A stretch of DNA of 64,000 nucleotides from an uncultured bacterium. GTDB lineage: Bacteria > Zhuqueibacterota > QNDG01 > CAYUAG01. The stretch covers positions 4,768 to 68,767 of the forward strand of contig CAZETW010000003.1 of the NCBI GenBank assembly GCA_964515295.1. Reading direction: 5' to 3'. This document shows positions 47,889 through 57,569 of this stretch, one piece after another. The position numbers and the translations under genes were made by a program. Position 1 is the first letter of the stretch. Each line of letters starts with the position of its first letter. The notes beneath the pieces were generated by a model. It made no database searches. It saw nothing but the letters and a program-made list of their open reading frames with translations, and was not told the DNA's origin.

Positions 47889-49133
47889 ATGAAAATCTTA
47901 ATGGCTAATAAATTTTATTTTGTAAAAGGAGGTTCAGAGAGATACTATTTTGAACTAACGGATATTTTAAAAGCACACGGACATGAGGTTATCCCGTTTT
48001 CTATGCATCATCCAGATAATTTTTCTACTCCCTATAGTTCCTCCTTTGTTGATTATATTGATTATGATCAGATTTCTGCTGATAAGAATCCAGTTCAGGG
48101 ATTATCAGCTTTATTGAGAATGATTTATTCAAGACAAGCAAAAAAGAAAATCAAAAAATTAATAGATAAAGTACGGCCTGATATTGCTCATGTTCATATG
48201 ATTGATCATCAATTGTCGCCTTCCATACTTGATGCCTTGCACGATTATGGTATTCCTGTAATACAGACAGTTCATCAGTATAAATTAGTATGTCCGAGCT
48301 ACCTTTTTTTTAACAACAGGACAAAGAAAGTATGCGAAAAATGCCTTGACGGACATTTTTACCATCCTATTGTTGAAAGATGTCATAAAAATTCAGCAGT
48401 GGCAGGATTGATGCTGGCCATTGAAAGTACGATTCACAAAAAGTTACAACTGTATGAAAAAAATATTAATATCTTTCATGTTCCCAGCTCTTTTATGGGG
48501 AAAAAATTAGTACAGGGAGGAGTGAATAAAAGAAAGATTGAGCATTTATTCTATTCTATAAATATTAATGATTATATTCCCAGCTATAAATCTGATGATT
48601 ATTTTGTTTATTGTGGCCGTCTGTCCATAGAAAAAGGAGTTATTACCTTATTAAAGGCGATGAAGAAGATCAGCAGCTCTCAGCTGATACTGGTTGGTGA
48701 CGGGCCTCAGCGGGAAGAATTGGAAAGGTTTGCTGTAGAGAATGGTTTACAAAATGTTTTTTTTGCTGGTTATAAATCCAGTGGTGAATTGAAAAATTTG
48801 ATTTCGAACTCAAAGTTTGTTGTGCAGCCTTCTGAGTGTTATGATAACTCTCCCTTGACTGCTTATGAATCCTTTGCTTTGGGGAAACCTGTGATTGGAT
48901 CCGATATCGGGGGAATACCGGAATTAATTAATGATCAGGAATGTGGATTGATTTTTGAACCTGGTAATTCTGAAATGTTAATTGAGAAAATCAATTATTT
49001 GTTACAGTCTCGGAGGCGACGATTAAATTTTGGTAAAAAAGCTCGACACAGAGCTGAAAAAGAATTCAGTCCTGAAGTTCATTATCAAAAATTGATTGAA
49101 ATATATAATAGGTTGATTTTCAAACATGAATGA
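47889..49133 (+). CDS. glycosyltransferase family 4
   Basis: 414 aa; GT4 C-domain YCGRLSIEKGV...ECYDNSPLTAYESFALGKPVIGSDIGGIPE. Confidence 0.8.
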   Translation: MKILMANKFYFVKGGSERYYFELTDILKAHGHEVIPFSMHHPDNFSTPYSSSFVDYIDYDQISADKNPVQGLSALLRMIYSRQAKKKIKKLIDKVRPDIAHVHMIDHQLSPSILDALHDYGIPVIQTVHQYKLVCPSYLFFNNRTKKVCEKCLDGHFYHPIVERCHKNSAVAGLMLAIESTIHKKLQLYEKNINIFHVPSSFMGKKLVQGGVNKRKIEHLFYSININDYIPSYKSDDYFVYCGRLSIEKGVITLLKAMKKISSSQLILVGDGPQREELERFAVENGLQNVFFAGYKSSGELKNLISNSKFVVQPSECYDNSPLTAYESFALGKPVIGSDIGGIPELINDQECGLIFEPGNSEMLIEKINYLLQSRRRRLNFGKKARHRAEKEFSPEVHYQKLIEIYNRLIFKHE

Positions 49134-50586
49134 CAACAGTAATAATATTAAAAAAATAATAATTAATTCAACATTTCTCTACGGGGCTGAGATTTACCGG
49201 AGAATTGTTAGAGTTGCTTTGGTTATTTTTGCTGCTCGTCTTTTAGGTGATGCAAATTACGGAAAATTTGCATTTGCAATGGTTCTGGTGAAATTCTTTT
49301 TAATTTTTTCCGATGCAGGAATACATCAGCTTCTGGTAAGAGAGTTAGCCCGGTTTAAAAAATATCAACAAAAATATATAGGAAATGCTATCCTTATAAA
49401 GATAGTATTATGCCTGATTACAACTATTGCCATTATTGTCATTATCAATTTATCCAATAAACCAGCAGATGTTATGTATACTGTATATTATTTTACAGTG
49501 AGTAATATTTTTGCTTCTTTTTCTTTAGTTTTTCAGTCAATATTTCAGGCACGGCAGAAAATGAAATATGTAGCGTATTCTAATATGATAGCGATTTCAA
49601 TAAGTTCTATTGGCGGAATCGGAATATTACTTATGGGAGGAGATCATGTAATACTTGCAATGATATTTGCTGCCGGAGCTTTTGTAAAACTTTGTTATTG
49701 TATATTTATAACTCTTAAAAAATTTATAAAAATTAAAATTTCATATGATTATAATGTAATAAAATTTATTCTTAAAGAAGGGATACCTATAGGTGTTAAT
49801 CTTATTCTTGCTACCATATATACTTTAATTGATCAGATTATGCTTTCGTATATCTGCAGTGATGAAGCAGTAGGCTGGTATAGGGCTGCTTATCAGTTTG
49901 TCTTTACCATGATGGTAATTCCTAATGAATTGGTAAAGGCAGCTTTCCCGGTTCTTTCAAAATATTTTGTCACCTCTATTGATGATTTAAAAGGTTTATT
50001 TAACAGATTGTTAAAATTTCTTCTTTTAATTTCACTATCATTATCAACATTATTATTTCTATTTTCTGATGATTTAATTATGCTGATATATGGAAATGAG
50101 TATATTATTGGTGCAAAAGCCTTGCGTATCTTAGTATGGTCAACCGGACTTATTTTTATTACCCTTATTTTTACCAATACAACCAGAGCAACAGACAGAC
50201 AACGATTTACTGCCAAAATTGTTATGATAGGAACAGTGATCAATATTGGGCTTAATATATTATTAATGCCACGCTATGGAGTAGTCGGAGCTGCAGCAAC
50301 AACATTAATAACAGAATTATTTGTTTTTACAGTCCATTATATATATCTGAGCGGTTATCTTTTCCGGCCTCCAGTATTTAGATTTCTTCCCAAGGTGTTA
50401 TTAATCAATGCCGTTATGGTTTTATCAGTATTTATTTTTAAAAGATTTGGGTTTTTTATATCATTTTTCCTGGCAATATTTGTTAATATAGCTATGATAT
50501 TTATCACTTCTTATTTTAATAAAAAAGAATTCGATTTCTTCAAAAATTTATTCTTAAGAGTAAAAAACAGAAGCAGGATCAAGTAA
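49126..50586 (+). CDS. Wzx-like polysaccharide flippase (MOP superfamily), third copy
   Basis: 486 aa, ~14 TM, Polysacc_synt-like. Confidence 0.75.
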   Translation: MNDNSNNIKKIIINSTFLYGAEIYRRIVRVALVIFAARLLGDANYGKFAFAMVLVKFFLIFSDAGIHQLLVRELARFKKYQQKYIGNAILIKIVLCLITTIAIIVIINLSNKPADVMYTVYYFTVSNIFASFSLVFQSIFQARQKMKYVAYSNMIAISISSIGGIGILLMGGDHVILAMIFAAGAFVKLCYCIFITLKKFIKIKISYDYNVIKFILKEGIPIGVNLILATIYTLIDQIMLSYICSDEAVGWYRAAYQFVFTMMVIPNELVKAAFPVLSKYFVTSIDDLKGLFNRLLKFLLLISLSLSTLLFLFSDDLIMLIYGNEYIIGAKALRILVWSTGLIFITLIFTNTTRATDRQRFTAKIVMIGTVINIGLNILLMPRYGVVGAAATTLITELFVFTVHYIYLSGYLFRPPVFRFLPKVLLINAVMVLSVFIFKRFGFFISFFLAIFVNIAMIFITSYFNKKEFDFFKNLFLRVKNRSRIK

Positions 50587-50671
50587 TTAAGGTATAATAT
50601 TTGCAATAATTCATTAATTAGTTTGTAAAGCGATGAATTATAGGTAATATTTTAATATTATTGTAGATAGA

Positions 50672-51871
50672 ATGAAAATTTTATATGTAAATTATCTTTA
50701 TGACGTTACACTCAGCTCTGTTGGTGCAGCTGTACATGTAAAAGAACTGGCTGAAGCATTGAGTACATTACATTATGATGTTAAGGTTTGTTTTTTAAAC
50801 CGGTTTACAGGAGTAGAAAAGTCAGAAAAAAGAACTTTGAGAACATTGTTAAAGCAGTACTTAGGCAGGTATGTAAGTAACCTACATGCACTATACTCAA
50901 ATATATATTATTTCTTACGCGAATGGAAACTCATTATGAAAGAAAGACCGGATATACTTCTTGTACGGTATAATATTTTTAATTTTTCTATTGCAATTGT
51001 TTGTAAAATTCTAAAGATTCCGTTTATACTGGAGATTAACTCTCCAATGGTTTATGAGAAAAAAGTTTTTAGAAGATCTGTTATTGATATGATCCTGATT
51101 GGATGGTTTCTGGAAAGGTTAATGATTCATTTTGCTGCAACTGTATATGTGGTTTCCAATCAATTAAAGCAGTATTATATTGAAAGAAATATAGATTCTG
51201 AAAAACTTCATGTTATCTTTAACGGAGTTGATGAGACAAAAATAAGCCCGTCTGTTTCTTCTAAGAAAGTAAGAATGAAATATAATTTACAGGGGAAAAA
51301 AGTATTGGGTTTTGTTGGTTCTTTTCATTATTGGCATGGTATTGAACAGCTTCAATCATTGCTGATGGATATACTTTTTAACTATGATCAGACAATGTTT
51401 TTATTGGTAGGAGACGGACCTTTAAAACAAAATATGGAAGATTTTATCAAAGAACACAGAATAACAGATAGGGTTGTTTTGCCCGGATATGTTACTTATA
51501 ATGACATTCCGGAATATCTTTCTGCTATGGATATAGTGCTTGCTCCTTATCCCAGACATAGAATTTTTTATTTTTCACCAATAAAATTATTTGAATATAT
51601 GGCTGCAGGCAAGAGTGTTGTAGCATCTTCTATCGGACAAATTAAGGAAATAATTGAAGATGGGGTTAACGGGATGCTTTTTCAGGCAGGGAATTATAAA
51701 GAGATGTTAGAAAAATCCACCTTGTTGTTAAAAAATAATTCTCTCCGGGAACGCATCGGAAAAGCAGCAAGAATGACAATTGAGAAGAATTATACCTGGA
51801 AACATACAGCAGAAAAACTTAAGCACATTATTGAACAGGATATTATGGGCAACAAATATGGAGTTATGTGA
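50672..51871 (+). CDS. glycosyltransferase family 4
   Basis: 399 aa; GT4 C-domain FSPIKLFEYMAAGKSVVASSIGQIKE. Confidence 0.8.
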   Translation: MKILYVNYLYDVTLSSVGAAVHVKELAEALSTLHYDVKVCFLNRFTGVEKSEKRTLRTLLKQYLGRYVSNLHALYSNIYYFLREWKLIMKERPDILLVRYNIFNFSIAIVCKILKIPFILEINSPMVYEKKVFRRSVIDMILIGWFLERLMIHFAATVYVVSNQLKQYYIERNIDSEKLHVIFNGVDETKISPSVSSKKVRMKYNLQGKKVLGFVGSFHYWHGIEQLQSLLMDILFNYDQTMFLLVGDGPLKQNMEDFIKEHRITDRVVLPGYVTYNDIPEYLSAMDIVLAPYPRHRIFYFSPIKLFEYMAAGKSVVASSIGQIKEIIEDGVNGMLFQAGNYKEMLEKSTLLLKNNSLRERIGKAARMTIEKNYTWKHTAEKLKHIIEQDIMGNKYGVM

Positions 51872-53025
51872 TGACGGATATCAACAGAAAAATTAATGTT
51901 TTTCAATTGGTGGAAGGATTTGGTCTGGGAGGAGCAGAGAAGAAATTACTTGAATTAGTTAAACGAATGGACAATAACCGCTTTAAGACTGTAATCTGTA
52001 GTCTTGGTTTGGAAGGATCAAGTGGTAATATTTCAAAGGATTTTGAAAAATTAAAAGAATATGGTATTGAAGTGTTTGAAATTCCCCGAAAACATCGTAT
52101 TGATTTTGATTTATTATATAAATTACTGCAGATAATAAAAAGCAGACGGATTGATGTTATCATGACTACTCTGTATTATGCTGATATTATGGGTGCAGTA
52201 ACCGGAACACTCGGAGGAGTGAAAGCGGTCTTTTTCTGGGAAACAATTTCTTCTCCAGAATGGCTTGTTCGCAGAAGATTTATTTCTTACAGAGCAGCAG
52301 TGAAGTTTTGTGATAAAGTAGTATCAGTATCTCAGAGAACGGCTGATTTTTTAGTTGAGGACAGAAAGATACATCCTGATAAAATTAAAATCATACCTTA
52401 TGGTGTGGATCTGAAGAAATACAGTAGTGGGAAAGGTCATAAGATAAGGGAAAAATTAGATATCAGCGAAAAAGATAAAATAATAGGAATGGTGGGCCGT
52501 TTAGTTACCCAGAAAGGTCATATTTATTTAATTGATGCTGCAGAAAGAATAGTAAAAGAATATCCGGATGTAAGATTTCTAATAATTGGTGAAGGTGAGT
52601 TGCGTTCAGATTTAGAAAAAAGAGTGAAGGACAGAAAATTGGATAATAATTTTATTTTTCTGGGATCCCGTGACGATGTACCTGATTTACTGAAAGTCAT
52701 AGATATATTCACGTTACCTTCTCTTTTCGAAGGGCTCCCAAATGTTGTATTAGAAGCCATGGCTTCGGGGAAACCAATTGTTGCAACCGCAGTTGACGGG
52801 ACAAAAGAGGCGGTGATACATGGCCAGACCGGTTTACTGGTACCCCTAAAAGATCCGGAGAAGCTGTCAGCAGCATTAATTGATCTCCTGGATAACCCTC
52901 AGAAAGCACTGGATTATGGGGGAAAAAGCAGAAAAAGAGCGGAAGAGTATTTTTCACTGGAACAACAGGTGAAAAGTTTTGAAGATTTATATGAAAAATA
53001 TTTTATTAAAAATTTAAGGAGTTAA
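51868..53025 (+). CDS. glycosyltransferase family 4
   Basis: 385 aa; VGRLVTQKG..., EGLPNVVLEAMASGKPIVATAVDGTKE. Confidence 0.85.
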   Translation: MMTDINRKINVFQLVEGFGLGGAEKKLLELVKRMDNNRFKTVICSLGLEGSSGNISKDFEKLKEYGIEVFEIPRKHRIDFDLLYKLLQIIKSRRIDVIMTTLYYADIMGAVTGTLGGVKAVFFWETISSPEWLVRRRFISYRAAVKFCDKVVSVSQRTADFLVEDRKIHPDKIKIIPYGVDLKKYSSGKGHKIREKLDISEKDKIIGMVGRLVTQKGHIYLIDAAERIVKEYPDVRFLIIGEGELRSDLEKRVKDRKLDNNFIFLGSRDDVPDLLKVIDIFTLPSLFEGLPNVVLEAMASGKPIVATAVDGTKEAVIHGQTGLLVPLKDPEKLSAALIDLLDNPQKALDYGGKSRKRAEEYFSLEQQVKSFEDLYEKYFIKNLRS

Positions 53026-53030
53026 AGGGT

Positions 53031-55880
53031 ATGGTACAATATACATCTTTTTATAGAAGAAAGTTTTTTAAATATGCAGTTATCACATCATCCATTTTTC
53101 TTTTACTTAATGCAAATATGTTAGCTCAGCATTTAGCTCATCAGGGGCATTCACATCCGCGGTCTGCAGTGTTCCATTTCAGTGGCCGGCAGCCCGAGTG
53201 GTATGCACGTTTTGATATGGTTATTACTCCGCTTACTCATGACGGGTTTGCTCAGTCTGTTCATGCAATCAATCCGGATTGTTATGTTCTTGCCTCCAGA
53301 GACTGGAATGTCGATGAGTTAATGGATATACCGGAAGAATGGCTTCTTAGAGATTCAAATGGTAATCCGGTACGAGCTTATGGAGGTCGAAGTAATTTAA
53401 TAGATATCACTGAGTACTGTTCAAAAAGCCCTGCGCATGGCGGTAAAAAGTACAATGAATTTTTACCAGTATATATGAGTACTCTTGTCGATTATTCCAT
53501 TTATGATGGCATTTGTTCACAGGGAGTATGGAATCATCCTTATAATACCGATGATGTTGATATAGATGGTAATGGAGTAAATGACTGGGAGGAACATGGG
53601 AAAAACTGGCTTATTAATGTATGGACTCAGGGAGTTGAAAAAGCTGTAGAAGTGTTACGCAATATAATTGGTGATGATAAAATTATTTTTTTAAATTCCG
53701 GGAATTTTCATACATTTGCATGGTATCATTCTAACGGTCTGATGAAAGAACGTTGTAATAAAACTTTTAATGTAAAATGGGAATTAAATAAGTTTTACCG
53801 GTGGGAGAGTTCTGCTCCCTATCCACATACTTTTTTCTTTAATTCCTGTGGACCATCTAAGAATGATTTTTATAATATGAGGTATTTCATTGGTAAAGCT
53901 CTGATGTATAATGCCTATTCCAGTTATACTGATTATGCATCCGGAGAACATCACTATACTAAATATTATGATGAATATGACATTAATCTAGGATTTTCCA
54001 CAGATAGTGTACGGCAGGTAACCTATAGTGAGATCAAAAATGAGCAGGGTATATGGGCAAAATTTTATGATAATGGAGCAGTTATTATTAACATGGATAA
54101 TTATAACAATACAATAACTGATGCTCAACTACAGACACTTGATTATTATGACGGACCATATTATCGGTTCTTAGGCGGGCAGGATCCTGAATTTAATAAC
54201 GGAGAATTGTTTACGGAAGTAACCCTTAGAGGAGAAGCACGATCTTTAGATCCACTGGGTTTTGTCGGTGATGCAATAATTTTATTGAAAGAACCTGATA
54301 CTGTGGTATCTGATATCATTATTGATGATATTGATGCCGGCACTTCTCCTGGGAGTAATGCGGCCAAATTTAAAGGAACCTGGACAAATTCAGCGGATAA
54401 TAATTATGCATTCTGGGGGGTGGGCGGAAGAGCTTACCGTAATCTGTATAATTATGCTAAAATTCAACCCGGACGGGGAGAAGCATATGCAGAATACATC
54501 CCCACTATTGGAGTACCGGGCAATTATGAAGTTTTTGAATGGCATGGATTCCTGGGAAGTAATGAGGAGACTATACAGGAAGCAACCAATGTTCCTGTTA
54601 TTATTAAATTTGCCGATAATGAAGTTGCAGAAGGCTTTATTGATCAATCCAAAGATTATAAACAGTGGAATAGTTTAGGTACGTATTATTTTACTAAAGG
54701 CACAAGCGGAGGGGTTAAGATAACCAATGATGCCGACGGACAAGTTATGGCAGATGCATTTAAATTTGTCTATAAAGGAGATGATCCTGATGACACTGTA
54801 CCACCTAATCCTCCGGAAAATTTACAGATGACTGACCATTCAGAGCATACTATAACTCTAACCTGGGATGCTCCCGGAGCTGCAAGTGACGGAGACGGTG
54901 CTGCAGCTTATCAGGTTTTCCGTAACGGACATTTGGTCGGAAGGCCTTTTGATACTACCTTTATTGATGAAGGATTATATGAAAATACCAATTATACCTA
55001 TGAAGTATACTCCATAGATAATGTAGGTAACAGAAGCTCCTCAAATATTCAGGATGTTTTTAAAACATATACAGATTATGTTCCTCCTGAAATCGTTCAT
55101 GCTCGCTTAATAAATGACACTAAACTGGAAATTCTTTTCAGTGAAAAGGTCGACCAGACAAGTGCTGAAACTCCTTCAAATTATGATGTTGACAATGGAA
55201 TTATAGTAGATAGTGTGGAAATGGACATTGCAGATTCAACTATGTATTATTTAACCACCAGTAAACATGTAGTCGGGGTTCATTACAGTGTTTCAGGACG
55301 TGATATTGTGGACCTGGCTTCAACCCCGAACAAGATAGATCCCAGTAAAACTGTGGAATATATCGGTATTACCGGTGATTCCTTAAGAATTACCATTACA
55401 GCGGATAATGTTTATAAGTTATATGTAAATGGTTATTATATTGCTGAAGCAGACGGGTGGAGTGATGCCGAGACTTATGAAATACCAACCATTGGTGGTA
55501 CGAATCTGATCGCAATTCAGGCAACTGACAGAGGAGGAGAAGCGGCAATCCTGGCAGAAATTGAATTTGGAAATGAGCAGTTTGTTACAAACGAGAATTG
55601 GAAAATTACAACATTCGAAGAAGCTGGATGGGAGACATTATCCTTTGAAGATGCGTTATGGGAATATGCTACAAGCTGGGGGCTACACGGCTCAGCTGAG
55701 CCCTGGGCAAAGTATACAGATGTTGAAGGTATTTCAACATCTTATCCTGTACACTGGATTTGGTCTTCTGATTATATAAATGATGATGTGGTGTATTTCA
55801 GGTTTACCCTGGATTATGAAGGCGATAATACAGCTCCTCAACCACCAGCGGATGTATCTGTAAACTCATCGTATCAATAA
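53031..55880 (+). CDS. secreted multidomain protein: putative glycoside-hydrolase-like TIM-barrel domain + FN3 + Ig-like + beta-sandwich carbohydrate-binding-like domain
   Basis: 949 aa; signal peptide; N-terminal ~450 aa resemble GH114/GHL15-type putative polysaccharide hydrolases; FN3 at ~aa 590-690 (ENLQMTDHSEHTITLTWDAP...YTYEVYSIDNVGNRS); C-terminal region with rhamnosidase-N/CBM-like LYVNGYYI motif. Confidence 0.55.
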   Translation: MVQYTSFYRRKFFKYAVITSSIFLLLNANMLAQHLAHQGHSHPRSAVFHFSGRQPEWYARFDMVITPLTHDGFAQSVHAINPDCYVLASRDWNVDELMDIPEEWLLRDSNGNPVRAYGGRSNLIDITEYCSKSPAHGGKKYNEFLPVYMSTLVDYSIYDGICSQGVWNHPYNTDDVDIDGNGVNDWEEHGKNWLINVWTQGVEKAVEVLRNIIGDDKIIFLNSGNFHTFAWYHSNGLMKERCNKTFNVKWELNKFYRWESSAPYPHTFFFNSCGPSKNDFYNMRYFIGKALMYNAYSSYTDYASGEHHYTKYYDEYDINLGFSTDSVRQVTYSEIKNEQGIWAKFYDNGAVIINMDNYNNTITDAQLQTLDYYDGPYYRFLGGQDPEFNNGELFTEVTLRGEARSLDPLGFVGDAIILLKEPDTVVSDIIIDDIDAGTSPGSNAAKFKGTWTNSADNNYAFWGVGGRAYRNLYNYAKIQPGRGEAYAEYIPTIGVPGNYEVFEWHGFLGSNEETIQEATNVPVIIKFADNEVAEGFIDQSKDYKQWNSLGTYYFTKGTSGGVKITNDADGQVMADAFKFVYKGDDPDDTVPPNPPENLQMTDHSEHTITLTWDAPGAASDGDGAAAYQVFRNGHLVGRPFDTTFIDEGLYENTNYTYEVYSIDNVGNRSSSNIQDVFKTYTDYVPPEIVHARLINDTKLEILFSEKVDQTSAETPSNYDVDNGIIVDSVEMDIADSTMYYLTTSKHVVGVHYSVSGRDIVDLASTPNKIDPSKTVEYIGITGDSLRITITADNVYKLYVNGYYIAEADGWSDAETYEIPTIGGTNLIAIQATDRGGEAAILAEIEFGNEQFVTNENWKITTFEEAGWETLSFEDALWEYATSWGLHGSAEPWAKYTDVEGISTSYPVHWIWSSDYINDDVVYFRFTLDYEGDNTAPQPPADVSVNSSYQ

Positions 55881-55918
55881 ATATGTGATGTTAATGTTAT
55901 TATTTAAGAGTAAAGAGT

Positions 55919-56611
55919 ATGATTATATCTCATAAATATAAATTTATCTTTCTTAAGACAAACAAAACAGCGGGCACAAGTGTTGAAATTGCTTTATCAA
56001 AATTTTGTGGTCCAAATGATATTATTACACCTGTTACCAGAGAAGATGAGAAAACAAGAAAAAAATTTGGTTATCCTGGTCCGCAAAATTGTCTGGCGCC
56101 TGTAACAGATTATGGTTTGAGAGACTGGATCCGTTTAATTGTAAAAGCAAGAAGAAAACTTACCTATTATAATCATATTTCTGCTGTTAAGGTAAAAAAA
56201 TTAATCGGAGAAGAAATTTGGAATAATTATTTTAAATTTTGTATTGAACGGAATCCCTGGGATCGTTTTCTGTCATTTTATTACTGGATCAATCAGTCTG
56301 AACCGCGTCCGACAATTTTGGATTTTGTCAACTCAAAAGTTCCCTTAATACTCAAGAGACGAGGATTTGAAGTCTACACCATTAATGGAAAGATTGCTGT
56401 GGATAAAGTTTGTTTTTTTGAAAACCTGAAAGAGGATTTAGAAGAAGTGAGGATCCGGATAGGATTACCTGAAAAGTTAGATCTGCCCAGAGCCAAGTCT
56501 ACCTACAGAAAAGACAGACGAAGCTATCGTGAAGTATTAAATGAAAATGAGAGAAATAAAATAAAACAATTATTCAATCAGGAAATTTCGTATTTTGGCT
56601 ATGAGTTTTAA
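55919..56611 (+). CDS. sulfotransferase, galactose-3-O-sulfotransferase-like family
   Basis: 230 aa; 5'-PSB-like FIFLKTNKTAGTSV (cf. Gal3ST FLKTHKTASST); 3'-PB-like RNPWDRFLSFYY. Confidence 0.6.
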   Translation: MIISHKYKFIFLKTNKTAGTSVEIALSKFCGPNDIITPVTREDEKTRKKFGYPGPQNCLAPVTDYGLRDWIRLIVKARRKLTYYNHISAVKVKKLIGEEIWNNYFKFCIERNPWDRFLSFYYWINQSEPRPTILDFVNSKVPLILKRRGFEVYTINGKIAVDKVCFFENLKEDLEEVRIRIGLPEKLDLPRAKSTYRKDRRSYREVLNENERNKIKQLFNQEISYFGYEF

Positions 56612-57540
56612 ACAAATTTTTTGTAATCTGTCTTAACAGTATATGGTAAGGTTAATAATGAAGTTAAAAATTTTAAGGTTTTGTTAAGATTGATTTGATT
56701 GTCTTTTTTTATAACGATAGAATTTTTGAATCTGTCAGGATTACCTGATAGATCATGTCTTACTTTTTTAAAATTAATTTTTCTGTTTGTCAATATATCA
56801 TCAACAGTATCATCTATCCCGATAAAATTGAATACTTGTTTAAGTTCTTTATTTGGGTTCTCTAAAAATTTTTCTAAATAAAGTTTATAATAATTTGTAT
56901 TATGGAAAAATTTTTCACTGAAAAGATTAAGTCTGATGTAATTTTCACAGGATTTTAAAAATGGTCTGTTACCCATTGTAATACTTCTATCTTTTGTAAC
57001 AACCTGTTTTTTCTTTTTATAACTGGCAGAATAGATAGCACCTCTGGGGTTTCTAATGACGTGTAAATAATAAACCTTGAAATCAGGCATATAGTTAAGC
57101 AGAATACCATATAAATAGTGCTTAGAACTATCAACAATTATTTTCTTATCGGAATTAAACACTATGGAATTATATATATTATTTAATAATAAAATATAGT
57201 CTTTAAAATAATTCTTAACATAGTTAATATATAATTTGTTAATTGGCAGGTATGGTAAAATCTTGAGTATTGTATGGTGTGTTGTTATATCATACTTTTT
57301 ATTGTTATAGAATTCATTCTTATCATTGACAGGTAAATGTATAGTTTCAAAAACATTGTTCCAGAATGTACAAGTATGAAAATCGGAGCCGCAGTTACAT
57401 TGCCAGTTTTCCTTAAATCCCCTATGCCACAAATACCAGAATTCCCCTATGCTCATTATCTGATCATTTTCATTCAGAATATTACTGATTAAAGTGGATC
57501 CGCTCCGTACCATTCCGCTAATATACACTATTTTTTTCAT
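56608..57540 (-). CDS. sulfotransferase (PAPS P-loop RSGST type, Stf0/Sulfotransfer_3-like)
   Basis: 310 aa; VYISGMVRSGSTLISNIL 5'-PSB loop. Confidence 0.65.
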   Translation of the reverse strand: MKKIVYISGMVRSGSTLISNILNENDQIMSIGEFWYLWHRGFKENWQCNCGSDFHTCTFWNNVFETIHLPVNDKNEFYNNKKYDITTHHTILKILPYLPINKLYINYVKNYFKDYILLLNNIYNSIVFNSDKKIIVDSSKHYLYGILLNYMPDFKVYYLHVIRNPRGAIYSASYKKKKQVVTKDRSITMGNRPFLKSCENYIRLNLFSEKFFHNTNYYKLYLEKFLENPNKELKQVFNFIGIDDTVDDILTNRKINFKKVRHDLSGNPDRFKNSIVIKKDNQINLNKTLKFLTSLLTLPYTVKTDYKKFV

Positions 57541-57569
57541 GAAATTATCCTTACACTGGGAGCGTTATT

